In this document: positions 45,653-55,154 of the stretch, one piece after another
Layout: every line of letters begins with the position of its first letter
Numbering within the stretch: position 1 is the stretch's first letter
From: Anaerolineales bacterium
GTDB taxonomy: Bacteria > Chloroflexota > Anaerolineae > Anaerolineales > UBA11858
Reading direction: 5' to 3'
Assembly (NCBI GenBank): GCA_028278545.1
Contig: JANQED010000132.1
Coordinates: 218,874 to 282,873 of the forward strand
Length of the DNA: 64,000 nucleotides
Translations under genes and position numbers: made by a program
The notes under the pieces: generated by a model
The model's input: the letters and a program-made list of their open reading frames with translations, nothing else
Told to the model about the DNA's origin: nothing
Database searches by the model: none

Positions 45653-46270
45653 ATGGCTCACTCACGAAGACTTTCTCCCCGTTTCGAAGAAGCGCTGATC
45701 TACGCCACGCGGCTGCACGCCCGCCAAACTCGCAAAAGAGCCAACACCCCTTATATAGCTCATCTCCTGAGCGTGACCGCCCTGGTGCTTGAGGCAGGCG
45801 GAGGGGAAGATGAAGCCATTGCTGCCCTGCTCCACGATGCCGTTGAAGATCAGGGAGGCCAAAAAACGCTCAAAGAGATACAGCGACGCTTCGGTGAGAA
45901 AGTAGCCAATATTGTGGAGAGCTGCACAGACGCTTTTGCGTTCCCAAGACCCCCCTGGCGGGAGCGCAAGGAGGCCTATATCGCCCACCTTCAAGAGGCT
46001 TGCCCAGAAGCCAGGCGCGTCTCCCTGGCAGACAAGCTCCACAACGCCCGTTCGATTCTACGCGATCTTCGCCTTGACGGTGAGAAAACCTGGCATAAAT
46101 TCAACGGGGGTAAAGAGGGCACACTCTGGTATTACCGAACCTTATTGGACACGTTCAAAATAATGGAGGATAATTTCATGGTCGATGAATTCGAGCGTGT
46201 CGTTATCCAGATCGAACATCTGGCAAAACTAACCACCGACGCTGAAGGCAATAGGACAAACACAGATTGA
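45653..46270 (+). CDS. HD-domain protein, RelA/SpoT-type (p)ppGpp hydrolase-like
   Basis: 205 aa. A..RLHARQTRK...PYIAHLLSV...LLHDAVEDQG...ADKLHNARS reproduces the SpoT/Mesh1 hydrolase HD_4 signature. No synthetase domain. Confidence 0.75.
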   Translation: MAHSRRLSPRFEEALIYATRLHARQTRKRANTPYIAHLLSVTALVLEAGGGEDEAIAALLHDAVEDQGGQKTLKEIQRRFGEKVANIVESCTDAFAFPRPPWRERKEAYIAHLQEACPEARRVSLADKLHNARSILRDLRLDGEKTWHKFNGGKEGTLWYYRTLLDTFKIMEDNFMVDEFERVVIQIEHLAKLTTDAEGNRTNTD

Positions 46271-46271
46271 A

Positions 46272-46610
46272 ATGACGAACAAACTAACCCTAAACGAATA
46301 TCAATCCCTGGCATCGCGTACCTCTGGGGCCGGAGGGGACGGCCAACAGCGCCTGATCATCGCCGCCCTGGGGCTGGTCGGGGAAGCCGGAGAGTTCGCC
46401 AACATGGTCAAGAAACTCACCGCCCACGGACACGACATCTCTCCTGAAACACTGGCCGAAGAACTTGGCGATGTGATGTGGTACGTCGCTGAGGCTGCTA
46501 CCGTGATTGGCATTCCCCTGGGCGAGATCGCCCAAAGCAATGTGGAAAAACTGCGCAGCCGCTACCCAGAAGGATTCAGCCAGGAACGCAGTATCAACCG
46601 CCAGGACTAG
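46272..46610 (+). CDS. MazG-like nucleoside triphosphate pyrophosphohydrolase
   Basis: 112 aa. LGLVGEAGEFANMVKK and EELGDVMWYV (the EExxE/D metal motifs of all-alpha NTP-PPases). Starts 1 nt after the HD gene stop. Confidence 0.85.
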   Translation: MTNKLTLNEYQSLASRTSGAGGDGQQRLIIAALGLVGEAGEFANMVKKLTAHGHDISPETLAEELGDVMWYVAEAATVIGIPLGEIAQSNVEKLRSRYPEGFSQERSINRQD

Positions 46611-46619
46611 GAGTCGCCC

Positions 46620-47072
46620 ATGTCTCACGATCCCGAAATCTATCAGTTCCTATCCCGCCACCTGCAATCTATCCGGGAAAACGACCTGGAAATCTATCAC
46701 CAAACCACCAGCACCGACCTGACCCTCTACGAGTGGTGGGTGACTCCGCACCGGATCGATGGATTGCCATTCCATGATTTTTTGATGGCCGCCAATAAGC
46801 AGCGAGGGGAAGTTTTTGGGGCTGAAATTGAAGAAAACGGGGGAAAGCAAATTGAGACAAGGTTCGACTTAGCGAATCTCAAGATCCAAAGGTATGGGGA
46901 TACGGCTATCGCCAGCTATACCCTGTTAATCAGCACATCTACCGATCGGGGAGTGACTGTGGCCTCTCACAACGAGAGCAGGGTGATGATCAAGACGGAA
47001 AATGAATGGCAAGTGGTGCACGTGCACAAATCCCCTGCCTGGCCGGCGCCTCACCAGCCCCAGCCACAATAG
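46620..47072 (+). CDS. NTF2-like (SnoaL/DUF4440-type) protein
   Basis: 150 aa. An alpha+beta cone pattern ending in ...ESRVMIKTENEWQVVHVHKSP, typical of DUF4440/SnoaL-like proteins. Confidence 0.6.
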   Translation: MSHDPEIYQFLSRHLQSIRENDLEIYHQTTSTDLTLYEWWVTPHRIDGLPFHDFLMAANKQRGEVFGAEIEENGGKQIETRFDLANLKIQRYGDTAIASYTLLISTSTDRGVTVASHNESRVMIKTENEWQVVHVHKSPAWPAPHQPQPQ

Positions 47073-47075
47073 ACT

Positions 47076-47104
47076 AGGCAGAATTTGCCTCATTTTTTGA
47101 TTTT
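47076..47104 (+). terminator. weak rho-independent terminator after the HD-MazG-NTF2 operon
   Basis: 5-bp stem AGGCA/TGCCT, then CATTTTTTGATTTT. Confidence 0.45.
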
Positions 47105-47161
47105 ACGCATAAAGGGGGCGATGGGAATCATCGCATGAGAGATGCGCGATGGCCTCAGCCA

Positions 47162-50161
47162 CTACTCACAGACCCTGACACAATTACGACCGGCCTGTTT
47201 GGCCTCGTAAAGGGCAGAGTCCGCAAAGTCAAGCAGCGCGGCCAAATCAGAGGCATTTCCATTCATTTCAGCAACCCCAAGGCTGATCGTAAAAGATAAT
47301 TCCCCGTGGGTAGTCTTAATGGGCTTATCCTGGATCCGCTGCCGCAAGCGCTCGGCAATTTTGCGCGCCTCAAATCGATCCGTTTCAGGCAATACTAAGG
47401 CAAATTCTTCACCACCATACCGCCCGAGGATATCGAATTCGCGGATACTACCCAAACATTCGTGAGCCAAAGCTCGCAGAACCTGATCCCCCACGCCATG
47501 ACCATAGGTGTCGTTCACTTTCTTGAAGAAGTCGATATCCAACATAATCGCCGATAAGGGATGACCATAACGAGAGGCTCGTTCGATTTCAACACGGCCC
47601 AGATCAAAGAAGTGGCGGCGGTTGTGGATACCGGTCAGGTCATCTGTGGTTGCCAACCACTGAATCTCTTCAAACAGACGCACATTCTCTATCGCGATGG
47701 CGGCTTGATTGGCTATGGCTTCCAGCACATCAACTTCGTGTTGCGTGAAATCTGCTTGATCTAGGCGATTCATGGCCGTAATAGTACCAAACACCCTGTC
47801 CCGATAAATCAACGGCACCACAATCACGGAACCACAACCAGTCTCCAGGCGGCGTATTTGAACAGCTTCACTTTCTCTGGGGTCAGGGGTATCTTTAGGT
47901 GATAGTGCTGGCTTAGACTCAAGCAATACCCATCCGCTGATACCATCCATCAACTCATCAAAATCTATCTCAACAATATCCTCGCTCCCAGCACCGCCCC
48001 TCGCAGTCTGGGCAATTTTTTGTGCCTTCAAGTCAACAATGGCGAGGGCCACGCTATCAGCAGGCAGAAATACAGCAACACTGTCCACCAGGCTTTTCAG
48101 CAAGACCGGCAAACTCTCTGCGTGAATCAGGGTGCGGGCAATCCGATAGAGCATCTGAGTCTCAGCCAATGTAGACTGAGTCCTATCAAATAACCGGGTA
48201 TTGTCGATGGTAATAGCCACCTGATCGGCGAATGCATTCGCCACTCGTATATGCTCCGAACTATAGTAGTTCGGTTGGGTATGATCGATAGCCAACATAC
48301 CAACGACTTTTTCGCGGACAATCAGGGGGACCCCCAGCCAGGAACAGATATGATCGTGAGGCGCTTGAAGGAAATGGGCGTACTTTCGGCCTGCCTCATC
48401 AAGAATGAGCGCTTCCCGTCTCTGGACGACTTCTGAATAGGGATTGTCGCCAGGAACAGGAAATCGCAACCCAAGAATCTCACCAGGATCAGGCCACCCC
48501 CGACCGCCAACGATCTCAAGGTAGCCATCAAACAATAGCTGAACCGATGCGCTATCATAGGGGACAACACGCGCTAACTGCACCAAGATCTCGTCGATGG
48601 CTTCATCTTGATTAAGGGATGCAGCGACAACTGCGCTGGCCTGCCGCAAGGTTTCAGCCTCGATGCGGCGGTGGCGCTCGGCCTCGAACAAGCGCACATT
48701 CTCCAAAGCCAGAGCGGCTCTTTCGGCAAAGATCTTTATCAGCCGCTCATCCTCGTGGCCAAAGGCGTACAACTCTGTGCTTTGCACATCGATGACAGCG
48801 ATCACCTGATCACCCTTCTTAAGGGGAATAGCAAGTTCCGATCGCGCAGCCTGCCAGTTGGGAACATAATCGGGGTCTTTACGAACATCCGGGACATTTA
48901 CAATCTCTCCAGACCGGAACGCCCGAGGAACCAGCCCAGGCCCATCCATCTTTAGCATCCCTTTGGAGACTTCATCAGCGTATGGGCCAGATACGGCAAC
49001 ACGTTTGATCCCATTTTTCTCAGGCCCAGCAACCAGTAAACTGCAGTTGGATTTCCCGAACTCGGTCAATACGGTCTCCACAATGGTCTCTGCTACTTTT
49101 TCCAGAACCGGCGCGCTGGTGAAGAACAATGGTTCCAATGCTCGATACAAGCGATTCAGTTCCAGATTGCGCTGCTGCAATGTGAGTTGAGATTCCCTAA
49201 GGGCTTGAGTGCGTTTAGCAACCTCCCTCCCCAACTCCCCTGCATGCTGTTGAATCTGATCATATAACTGGGCACTATGTAAAGAAGCTGCCGCATAGCT
49301 GCCGATCGTGGAAAGGAGGTCGCAATCCGCCTCTGTAAATTTCCCGTCAATTTTGTTCACTGCCGTCAAAACACCGATCGATTTCCCTTCGACCAGCAAT
49401 GGGACCACTACTAATGAACGGATTAAAAAATTCCCCTCCTCCGCTATCTTCCGATAATACTGAGGAGAGGCTGATAGGTCGTTGACGATCTTTGGTTTTC
49501 CCGATTGCAGCACCGTGGAAACAACCCCCTTTCCCACAGGAACACGCATCCCCACAATATCATCAATAGAAGCCCTGAAAACCAACTCACCAGTATCATC
49601 AGGCAACAATACGGAACAACTCTCAACCTCAATCAGCAATGCAGCCTCTTCCACAATCAGACGCAGCAGACTATCGAGGTCCTTGGATGAAGATATTGCC
49701 AACCCAATCTCATTAATGGCTTCCAGTTGAGCCACTTTTTTCGCCAAGAGCTTCTGAATCTTTGCATGATGGGTTGCATCGCGGATGGAAGCAATCACCA
49801 AATGGACGCTCTCCAGTGTCATGGGATTCAAAGAGATATCAGCAAAGAATCTGGAGCCATCCTTGCGGCGACCAAAACAATTAATGTCCGTTCCCATCGG
49901 TCGGAAATTGGAATCAGCCACAAACTCTCGCCGGTGCAAGCGGCGGCGTTTCCAAAATTCTCCTGGGATCAACAGTTCAGCATATTGGTCATTCAATTCC
50001 TCACGGCGATATCCAAATAGGGCCTCAACCTTTTTGTTGACACAAAGAATAAGCCCTTCACTATCTAAGATGAGCATGGCCTCAGGCGATGCGTCTAAGA
50101 GAAATTGAAGGACCGCGTCATCCCTGATTGCGGATGGATTTATTTTCCTTGTCGAACTCAT
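47162..50161 (-). CDS. PAS-GAFx4-GGDEF diguanylate cyclase
   Basis: 999 aa. N-terminal PAS, four GAF-like modules, and a GGDEF domain with active site RYGGEEFALV and an I-site REFD five residues upstream. Confidence 0.9.
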   Translation of the reverse strand: MSSTRKINPSAIRDDAVLQFLLDASPEAMLILDSEGLILCVNKKVEALFGYRREELNDQYAELLIPGEFWKRRRLHRREFVADSNFRPMGTDINCFGRRKDGSRFFADISLNPMTLESVHLVIASIRDATHHAKIQKLLAKKVAQLEAINEIGLAISSSKDLDSLLRLIVEEAALLIEVESCSVLLPDDTGELVFRASIDDIVGMRVPVGKGVVSTVLQSGKPKIVNDLSASPQYYRKIAEEGNFLIRSLVVVPLLVEGKSIGVLTAVNKIDGKFTEADCDLLSTIGSYAAASLHSAQLYDQIQQHAGELGREVAKRTQALRESQLTLQQRNLELNRLYRALEPLFFTSAPVLEKVAETIVETVLTEFGKSNCSLLVAGPEKNGIKRVAVSGPYADEVSKGMLKMDGPGLVPRAFRSGEIVNVPDVRKDPDYVPNWQAARSELAIPLKKGDQVIAVIDVQSTELYAFGHEDERLIKIFAERAALALENVRLFEAERHRRIEAETLRQASAVVAASLNQDEAIDEILVQLARVVPYDSASVQLLFDGYLEIVGGRGWPDPGEILGLRFPVPGDNPYSEVVQRREALILDEAGRKYAHFLQAPHDHICSWLGVPLIVREKVVGMLAIDHTQPNYYSSEHIRVANAFADQVAITIDNTRLFDRTQSTLAETQMLYRIARTLIHAESLPVLLKSLVDSVAVFLPADSVALAIVDLKAQKIAQTARGGAGSEDIVEIDFDELMDGISGWVLLESKPALSPKDTPDPRESEAVQIRRLETGCGSVIVVPLIYRDRVFGTITAMNRLDQADFTQHEVDVLEAIANQAAIAIENVRLFEEIQWLATTDDLTGIHNRRHFFDLGRVEIERASRYGHPLSAIMLDIDFFKKVNDTYGHGVGDQVLRALAHECLGSIREFDILGRYGGEEFALVLPETDRFEARKIAERLRQRIQDKPIKTTHGELSFTISLGVAEMNGNASDLAALLDFADSALYEAKQAGRNCVRVCE

Positions 50162-50517
50162 TTTTCTAGCAGAAAGCTTGGGATAAAATTATCGAAACGA
50201 CTCTATAGTGGTCCAAGGATGTCTGAAAAAAGTGCGGAGCAGGGGTAGTATTCGCAAAGCAACCCTTCTATGATAACTCACCTGCTTGTCCGGCGGTTAC
50301 CTAGTATCTTACCACAATCAGCCTTCTTCCCTCTCTGCAAAGCTGGCAAATTTGTAAGCACGTCAAATTCAACAGCGTCGCTTGCTTTTACAAGTCTAGT
50401 TTATTTATAGTTGCTCAGCCAGGAGAGTCGCAGACCCCTATCCCACTGTACCCCCATCTCGACGGCGCCGTTTGTCGAGGAACTCAAATTCAGGGAAGCA
50501 AATCTTATGACAAGTGA

Positions 50518-51222
50518 TCAGGCGAGCACTCGCAACCACTCAGGCAACATCTCCACTAACCGCCCCATCACCGCGCGCGTTTCCTCGACATAGTAGCTTA
50601 TGTCCCCATAGGCCTGGCTACCTTGTTCACCAACCAGGTCAGTAACACCACGCAAAATCAGACAACGCACACGGTTGCGCTGAGCCGCCCAGGCAATAGC
50701 GCCGCTCTCCCAATCCCCGGCTACCGCACCATACTCTGATTTCAGGCGGGGGATATCTTCTACCAACAAGTCGCGATCACCTGAAACCATCAAAGTGCGT
50801 CGGACTTCATGAGGATATTCACGGCCCAGCGAGGAGAGATCTAATTCCGTGGAATAGTGCGCGATGTGTTCGTCGAAGTCCCCCATCTGTTCGATGATAT
50901 CGTAAACGACAGTTCGCTCGACCAGGATGATCTCGCCCTGCTCTATTTCGCCAGCAAATCCCCCACACGTTCCTAAATTGACCAGTATATCTGGATGCCA
51001 ACGGTCAATGACATATTGAGCCGAGGCCGCGGCGGCGATTTTACCCCAACCACCCTGGAAGAAGATAACTGGATGGGGATGGGGAGGCAGGGAAAGAGTG
51101 AACCATTCTCCAAGAGGAGACTCCTGCATATCGGCTTGTGGGAAGATTTCGCGAACCACCTGCCACTCGGCGTCGGCAGAAATTAGCACGACGACTCGTG
51201 GAGCGGAACTCATTTCGCCCAT
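50518..51222 (-). CDS. nucleoside phosphorylase-superfamily protein (MTA/SAH nucleosidase-like)
   Basis: 234 aa. PNP_UDP_1-like pattern (LVNLGTCGGF...GDWESGAIAW...LRGVTDLV). Confidence 0.65.
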   Translation of the reverse strand: MGEMSSAPRVVVLISADAEWQVVREIFPQADMQESPLGEWFTLSLPPHPHPVIFFQGGWGKIAAAASAQYVIDRWHPDILVNLGTCGGFAGEIEQGEIILVERTVVYDIIEQMGDFDEHIAHYSTELDLSSLGREYPHEVRRTLMVSGDRDLLVEDIPRLKSEYGAVAGDWESGAIAWAAQRNRVRCLILRGVTDLVGEQGSQAYGDISYYVEETRAVMGRLVEMLPEWLRVLA

Positions 51223-51253
51223 AAGCTACCCGTCCCTTCCAACCAATCGCGAA

Positions 51254-52321
51254 TTACCTATCGTAGCGCACTACGATATTGCCAATTGCCTGACTGATGT
51301 CAAGATCGATCAGTGCTTCCGAATTCTCGTAACCAGGAGAATAGTAATAGTCACCACGCTTGTCAAAGTCCGAGGGCACTGTCAGAGAAGAGAGGGCTTT
51401 GCTAACCTCAATGCGCGCGGAAACATCTTCTGGCAGATAGACAACGATTTGACCTATGGCCTGGCTGATATCTCCACGCATGGATTCACCCGCAGGGAAT
51501 GTGATCGACAGGTCACCTACTGCCTGACTGGCATCCAAGCCTGACAGCATGACTTCCGCCAAATCCAGGTCCATATCCCCAGCAGCCATCGAGGTTTCCA
51601 ACGCTATGGGGACCTCCGGTGATAAGCCCAGTTGCCAATCCCAGGCATTTCCTGGGAAGGGAGAGGGGTTGCGACCACCCAGGGCATAAGATGCCGTTGT
51701 GCCCTGTATTTCATATTTGCTCCAAACCTGCTGCCCGCGTCCGACGCTGACTTCTCCAGCGATCAGGGCCTTCGAATCATCTAATGCAGCGACATGTAGT
51801 TGCCCTACAACAGGAGACAGGCTGACTTCAGCTCGAGTGGCATCCCCCAACTCCTGATCAATGATCTCGCTCTCCAGGAATTGCCCACCAATAGGCCCAA
51901 TGCTCGAACCAGCTAACCAGAGTAACCCCAGTAATGCAACGAAAATCACCGCCACCCCCAGCATAGAAATCCAAAGAGAACGACGGCCTACCATAATCTC
52001 GAGGCCGATGGCAATGACCAACAGCGGCCAGAGCCGCCACAATGTATCCCAGGCGCTCAAATTCAGCCAGCCAATGTTGCTCAGCAGGAAAACGCCCCCT
52101 AAACCGAACATGATCACAGGACCAACAATCTCATTGCGCCGCATCAAGCCGTCTATGCCGATTGCGATGAAAATCAGCGGCCACAACTGCCAGATAGTAT
52201 CCCAGGTAACATTGTCAATCAAACCGAGGTTATTTAACAAGAACATCACGCCCAGGAGAATGAGTATGCTGGGCCACACAAAACCGCCACGATGGCGACG
52301 TCGATGATGTCTATCTTCCAT
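51254..52321 (-). CDS. membrane protein with two LiaI/LiaF-like TM hairpins and a C-terminal toast-rack-like beta domain
   Basis: 355 aa. Two copies of the hairpin motif (LLNNLG..WQLWPLIFIAIG and LLSNIGW..WRLWPLLVIAIG). C-terminal repeated strands SQA(I/V)GxIxV. GAGGAG RBS. Confidence 0.65.
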   Translation of the reverse strand: MEDRHHRRRHRGGFVWPSILILLGVMFLLNNLGLIDNVTWDTIWQLWPLIFIAIGIDGLMRRNEIVGPVIMFGLGGVFLLSNIGWLNLSAWDTLWRLWPLLVIAIGLEIMVGRRSLWISMLGVAVIFVALLGLLWLAGSSIGPIGGQFLESEIIDQELGDATRAEVSLSPVVGQLHVAALDDSKALIAGEVSVGRGQQVWSKYEIQGTTASYALGGRNPSPFPGNAWDWQLGLSPEVPIALETSMAAGDMDLDLAEVMLSGLDASQAVGDLSITFPAGESMRGDISQAIGQIVVYLPEDVSARIEVSKALSSLTVPSDFDKRGDYYYSPGYENSEALIDLDISQAIGNIVVRYDR

Positions 52322-52333
52322 GATCTCTCTCCT

Positions 52334-52759
52334 CTACCGTTTCCAACGAAATATCAAAACAAGCCCAGCCAGGATGAGTAATGCAGGCCAGAGGACATCA
52401 AAGTCCATCCACCAAAGCCAGGGAATCCCCAGGGCTTCCAGGAGCCACAAAGCCCCCAGTATGATCAACCCCCCTCCAATGACGATGCCAGACTTGGGGT
52501 GAGGGCGATTGACCGCAGTGACAAAGTCATCCCCCACACCGCGGATACGATCTCCAAAATCATTCACTTCTTCTGCACCACGCTCGGGGATGATGATCCA
52601 CATCACGATATAAGCCCAAAATCCGACCCCGCCTCCAAACAACAAAAGGAAGAATACCAGTCGGATAAGGGTGGCATCAATCGCTAAAAATTCACCTAAG
52701 CCGCCGCACACGCCGCCAAGCATGCGGTCGTCACGGCTGCGAAAGAGTTTTGTTTCCAT
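52334..52759 (-). CDS. PspC domain-containing membrane protein
   Basis: PspC motif (LFRSRDDRMLGGVCGGLGEFLAIDATLIRLVFFLL). Start placed at ATG 52759 (GGAG RBS) rather than TTG 52771. The C-terminus carries the same TM-hairpin motif as its neighbours. Confidence 0.85.
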   Translation of the reverse strand: METKLFRSRDDRMLGGVCGGLGEFLAIDATLIRLVFFLLLFGGGVGFWAYIVMWIIIPERGAEEVNDFGDRIRGVGDDFVTAVNRPHPKSGIVIGGGLIILGALWLLEALGIPWLWWMDFDVLWPALLILAGLVLIFRWKR

Positions 52760-52775
52760 GATGATCTCCAAAAAA

Positions 52776-53405
52776 CTACGCGCGGAAATTCCGTAATATG
52801 AAATAGCCGCCCAAAAGAATCAGCGCTACAGGCCAGATATAGTTGATCAACGGGATAAGAGGCGAAGCGGTGAGTAACCCTAACAATAGCAGTATCCCCG
52901 CCGGAATGAATGCCCAGGTCATACGCCCTTGCGAGGTGGGTTCGATCCCCACCAGGGTAAAGGTCAGCCCCAAGCCAATCAAAAAGATCCATCCTGCATC
53001 GACCTTGAATGAATCCAGGACAGTTATGGTCGCTAGCGTAGTAAGCACGCCAGCCGGGATGATCGCCCACCAGGCCTGTCGATTGACCAAGTAAACCACC
53101 CAAAAACTGAGCCCGACGCCCCCTAGGAAGATGCCGCCGCCCCACAAATTTTCGAAATCAGGGAAAAATTGATCCGCGACAATCAAAACCATCAATCCCA
53201 GCAAGGTAAAACCTGGGATCACAGGCCACCACTGGGTACGGTCGGTCACAAAAGCATACAGGAACACGGCCCCAGCCAGGCCGAAAAACAGTCCCCAGAT
53301 AATACCCCAGGCACTAGGGATCACATCCAGGTTCTGCAACATAAACAAGACACCAGCGAGGATTAGCAAAGACCCCCAAAGGACACGATGATCAAGCCAT
53401 CTCAT
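52776..53405 (-). CDS. polytopic membrane protein (repeated LiaI/LiaF-like TM hairpins)
   Basis: About 8 TM helices. Start placed at ATG 53405 (AGGAG 7 nt upstream) rather than TTG 53426. Confidence 0.6.
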   Translation of the reverse strand: MRWLDHRVLWGSLLILAGVLFMLQNLDVIPSAWGIIWGLFFGLAGAVFLYAFVTDRTQWWPVIPGFTLLGLMVLIVADQFFPDFENLWGGGIFLGGVGLSFWVVYLVNRQAWWAIIPAGVLTTLATITVLDSFKVDAGWIFLIGLGLTFTLVGIEPTSQGRMTWAFIPAGILLLLGLLTASPLIPLINYIWPVALILLGGYFILRNFRA

Positions 53406-53444
53406 CTTAGAACTCCTGACAAACAAATACTGTAATTATCAAAA

Positions 53445-54254
53445 TCAGATTACGGATATCGAGCCTGCACCGGCGTCAACCTTGATGTCAACGCGATGAG
53501 GTGCTGAATCGAAATCTGGGGTGCGATAGACCTTGCCTTCCTTAGGGAAGCGCGTTTTGTCAACATCTACACCCACTAAACCACCGTCAACTTTGAGCTG
53601 CGCGGCTACGCCCTCGGGGATTCGCAATTTAACAGAGGCGGCCCCAGCCTCGATTTTCACCCGCGTGAGCGCCACACGTTCAGGCAGGTGGACTTCGGTA
53701 GCGCTGGCGCCAGTATGCAGTTCCAGACTGGTGACCTGAGTGTCTACCAGGTTCAGCCTGGCGTCGTTGGCACCGCTGTGAACTTCCAACGAGATGGGAA
53801 CCTTGGGGTTGATATCCAAATCCCAACGGATCCTGTTCCCAGGGCCAAAAACCCAGGGAAAAACCGCGTATGGGAATCGTTGGGTAGGCACTTTCAACGT
53901 GACATCCAGGTGATCACCCCTGCGCTCTGATTCACGCAGCACTCCACCTCCGAAAGTCCCGTTGACCAATTTATCTTCTGCCGCTCCCCCGGCAATTCTC
54001 AGCTCACCAGCACCATGGTGTATCGAGAGCCGCGCTTCACTAACCCCCTCGAGAGGGATAGAAGCGATCTCTGTTTCCAACATTTCACCGCCGTACTGAG
54101 ATTGCCATAACACCCACACCCCTAAAAGGATCACCAGCACCGGCCAGAACAATCTCCAGATGCTGAAGCTCAAAATGTCGAAGTTGCTCAGCAATAACAA
54201 CCCCCCAAGAACCACGAAGACAAGCCCCCAGAAAAAACTACCCCGTCTCATCAC
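53445..54254 (-). CDS. LiaF-like membrane protein with toast-rack beta domain
   Basis: N-terminal TM hairpin (LGGLLLLSNFD..WRLFWPVLVILLG). C-terminal repeated strands (HHGAGELRIAGG, HTGASATEVHL, EAGAASVKLRI, DAGAGSISVI). Confidence 0.65.
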   Translation of the reverse strand: MMRRGSFFWGLVFVVLGGLLLLSNFDILSFSIWRLFWPVLVILLGVWVLWQSQYGGEMLETEIASIPLEGVSEARLSIHHGAGELRIAGGAAEDKLVNGTFGGGVLRESERRGDHLDVTLKVPTQRFPYAVFPWVFGPGNRIRWDLDINPKVPISLEVHSGANDARLNLVDTQVTSLELHTGASATEVHLPERVALTRVKIEAGAASVKLRIPEGVAAQLKVDGGLVGVDVDKTRFPKEGKVYRTPDFDSAPHRVDIKVDAGAGSISVI

Positions 54255-54808
54255 TCTTCTCCAATCTCGCTAATCTCTTCGTCGATCACATCAGGCATCG
54301 CTTTCCCACCACGGAACAAGGGTTGGATCAATATCCACAGGCCAAACACGATCAACAGTACAGGCCAGTAAGTACCCAACACATTTGCACCAAAGAAGGC
54401 TCCAAAGATGACAAACACGATCAGGCTGATGAAACTCATCCAGGCGCCAACACGGAAATTGTCCTTGCCGCCTTCACCCAACAAGGCTGCCAGCATAAGC
54501 CCCACGCCAACAAAGCCGGGGATCAACGACCAGGCGAATGCCCAACTCTCCCAGTAGCCGGTGGCGTTCTGCCAATACAGCAAACCGCCGATCCCGCCAA
54601 CGATAGAAGCCGGAACAGCCATGCCCGGCGCGCCGAGGATCAGCCCCAGGAGCAAGAGAAATACACCCACGCCGATAACAATCACCGGCCATGAGATGAT
54701 CTCCCAGAACCAATCCAACCCGGGCACAAGTTGAACGGCCAGGAACCAGCCGCCAATCAGGATCAACAAAAATCCAAAAACCAGACTCGAGCGCGTTCGT
54801 TTGTTCAT
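54251..54808 (-). CDS. polytopic membrane protein (LiaI/LiaF-like TM hairpins), first gene of the operon
   Basis: 185 aa, about 6 TM helices. GGAGAGG RBS. Its stop overlaps the next start (ATGA). Confidence 0.6.
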   Translation of the reverse strand: MNKRTRSSLVFGFLLILIGGWFLAVQLVPGLDWFWEIISWPVIVIGVGVFLLLLGLILGAPGMAVPASIVGGIGGLLYWQNATGYWESWAFAWSLIPGFVGVGLMLAALLGEGGKDNFRVGAWMSFISLIVFVIFGAFFGANVLGTYWPVLLIVFGLWILIQPLFRGGKAMPDVIDEEISEIGEE

Positions 54809-55154
54809 TTTTCCTCTCCAAGAAGTGTATATTTAGTATGCAGCTTTTCAGCCGTGAAACAGATCATCCCGACTTCCCAATTTGAATGAACTGTTCCCTC
54901 TACTACTGATAATTATACGTTGTTTGAAACCCCAGGTTGCACAAAAACATACCAGACCTCACAATCAGTATTAGCCACTCAGCAAACTGCCCAAAATCCG
55001 ACCCCGTCCTTGGCTCAGAAGAGGGAAAATCGCAAAAAAAAATAACCCCCTTGCTTGGGGATTGCGTTGCAGGCAGGGGGCTGAGAGTTGAAAAGCTAAC
55101 CTTCGTCCGGATATCAAATTCGGAGGGCCATCTATGATCGCCAGAGCACCTTCA

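Noticed and set aside
52696-53145. 149-aa - strand ORF overlapping the polytopic membrane protein gene
   Set aside because: It is an alternative frame of a gene whose product shares the operon-wide TM-hairpin motif. It has no features of its own.
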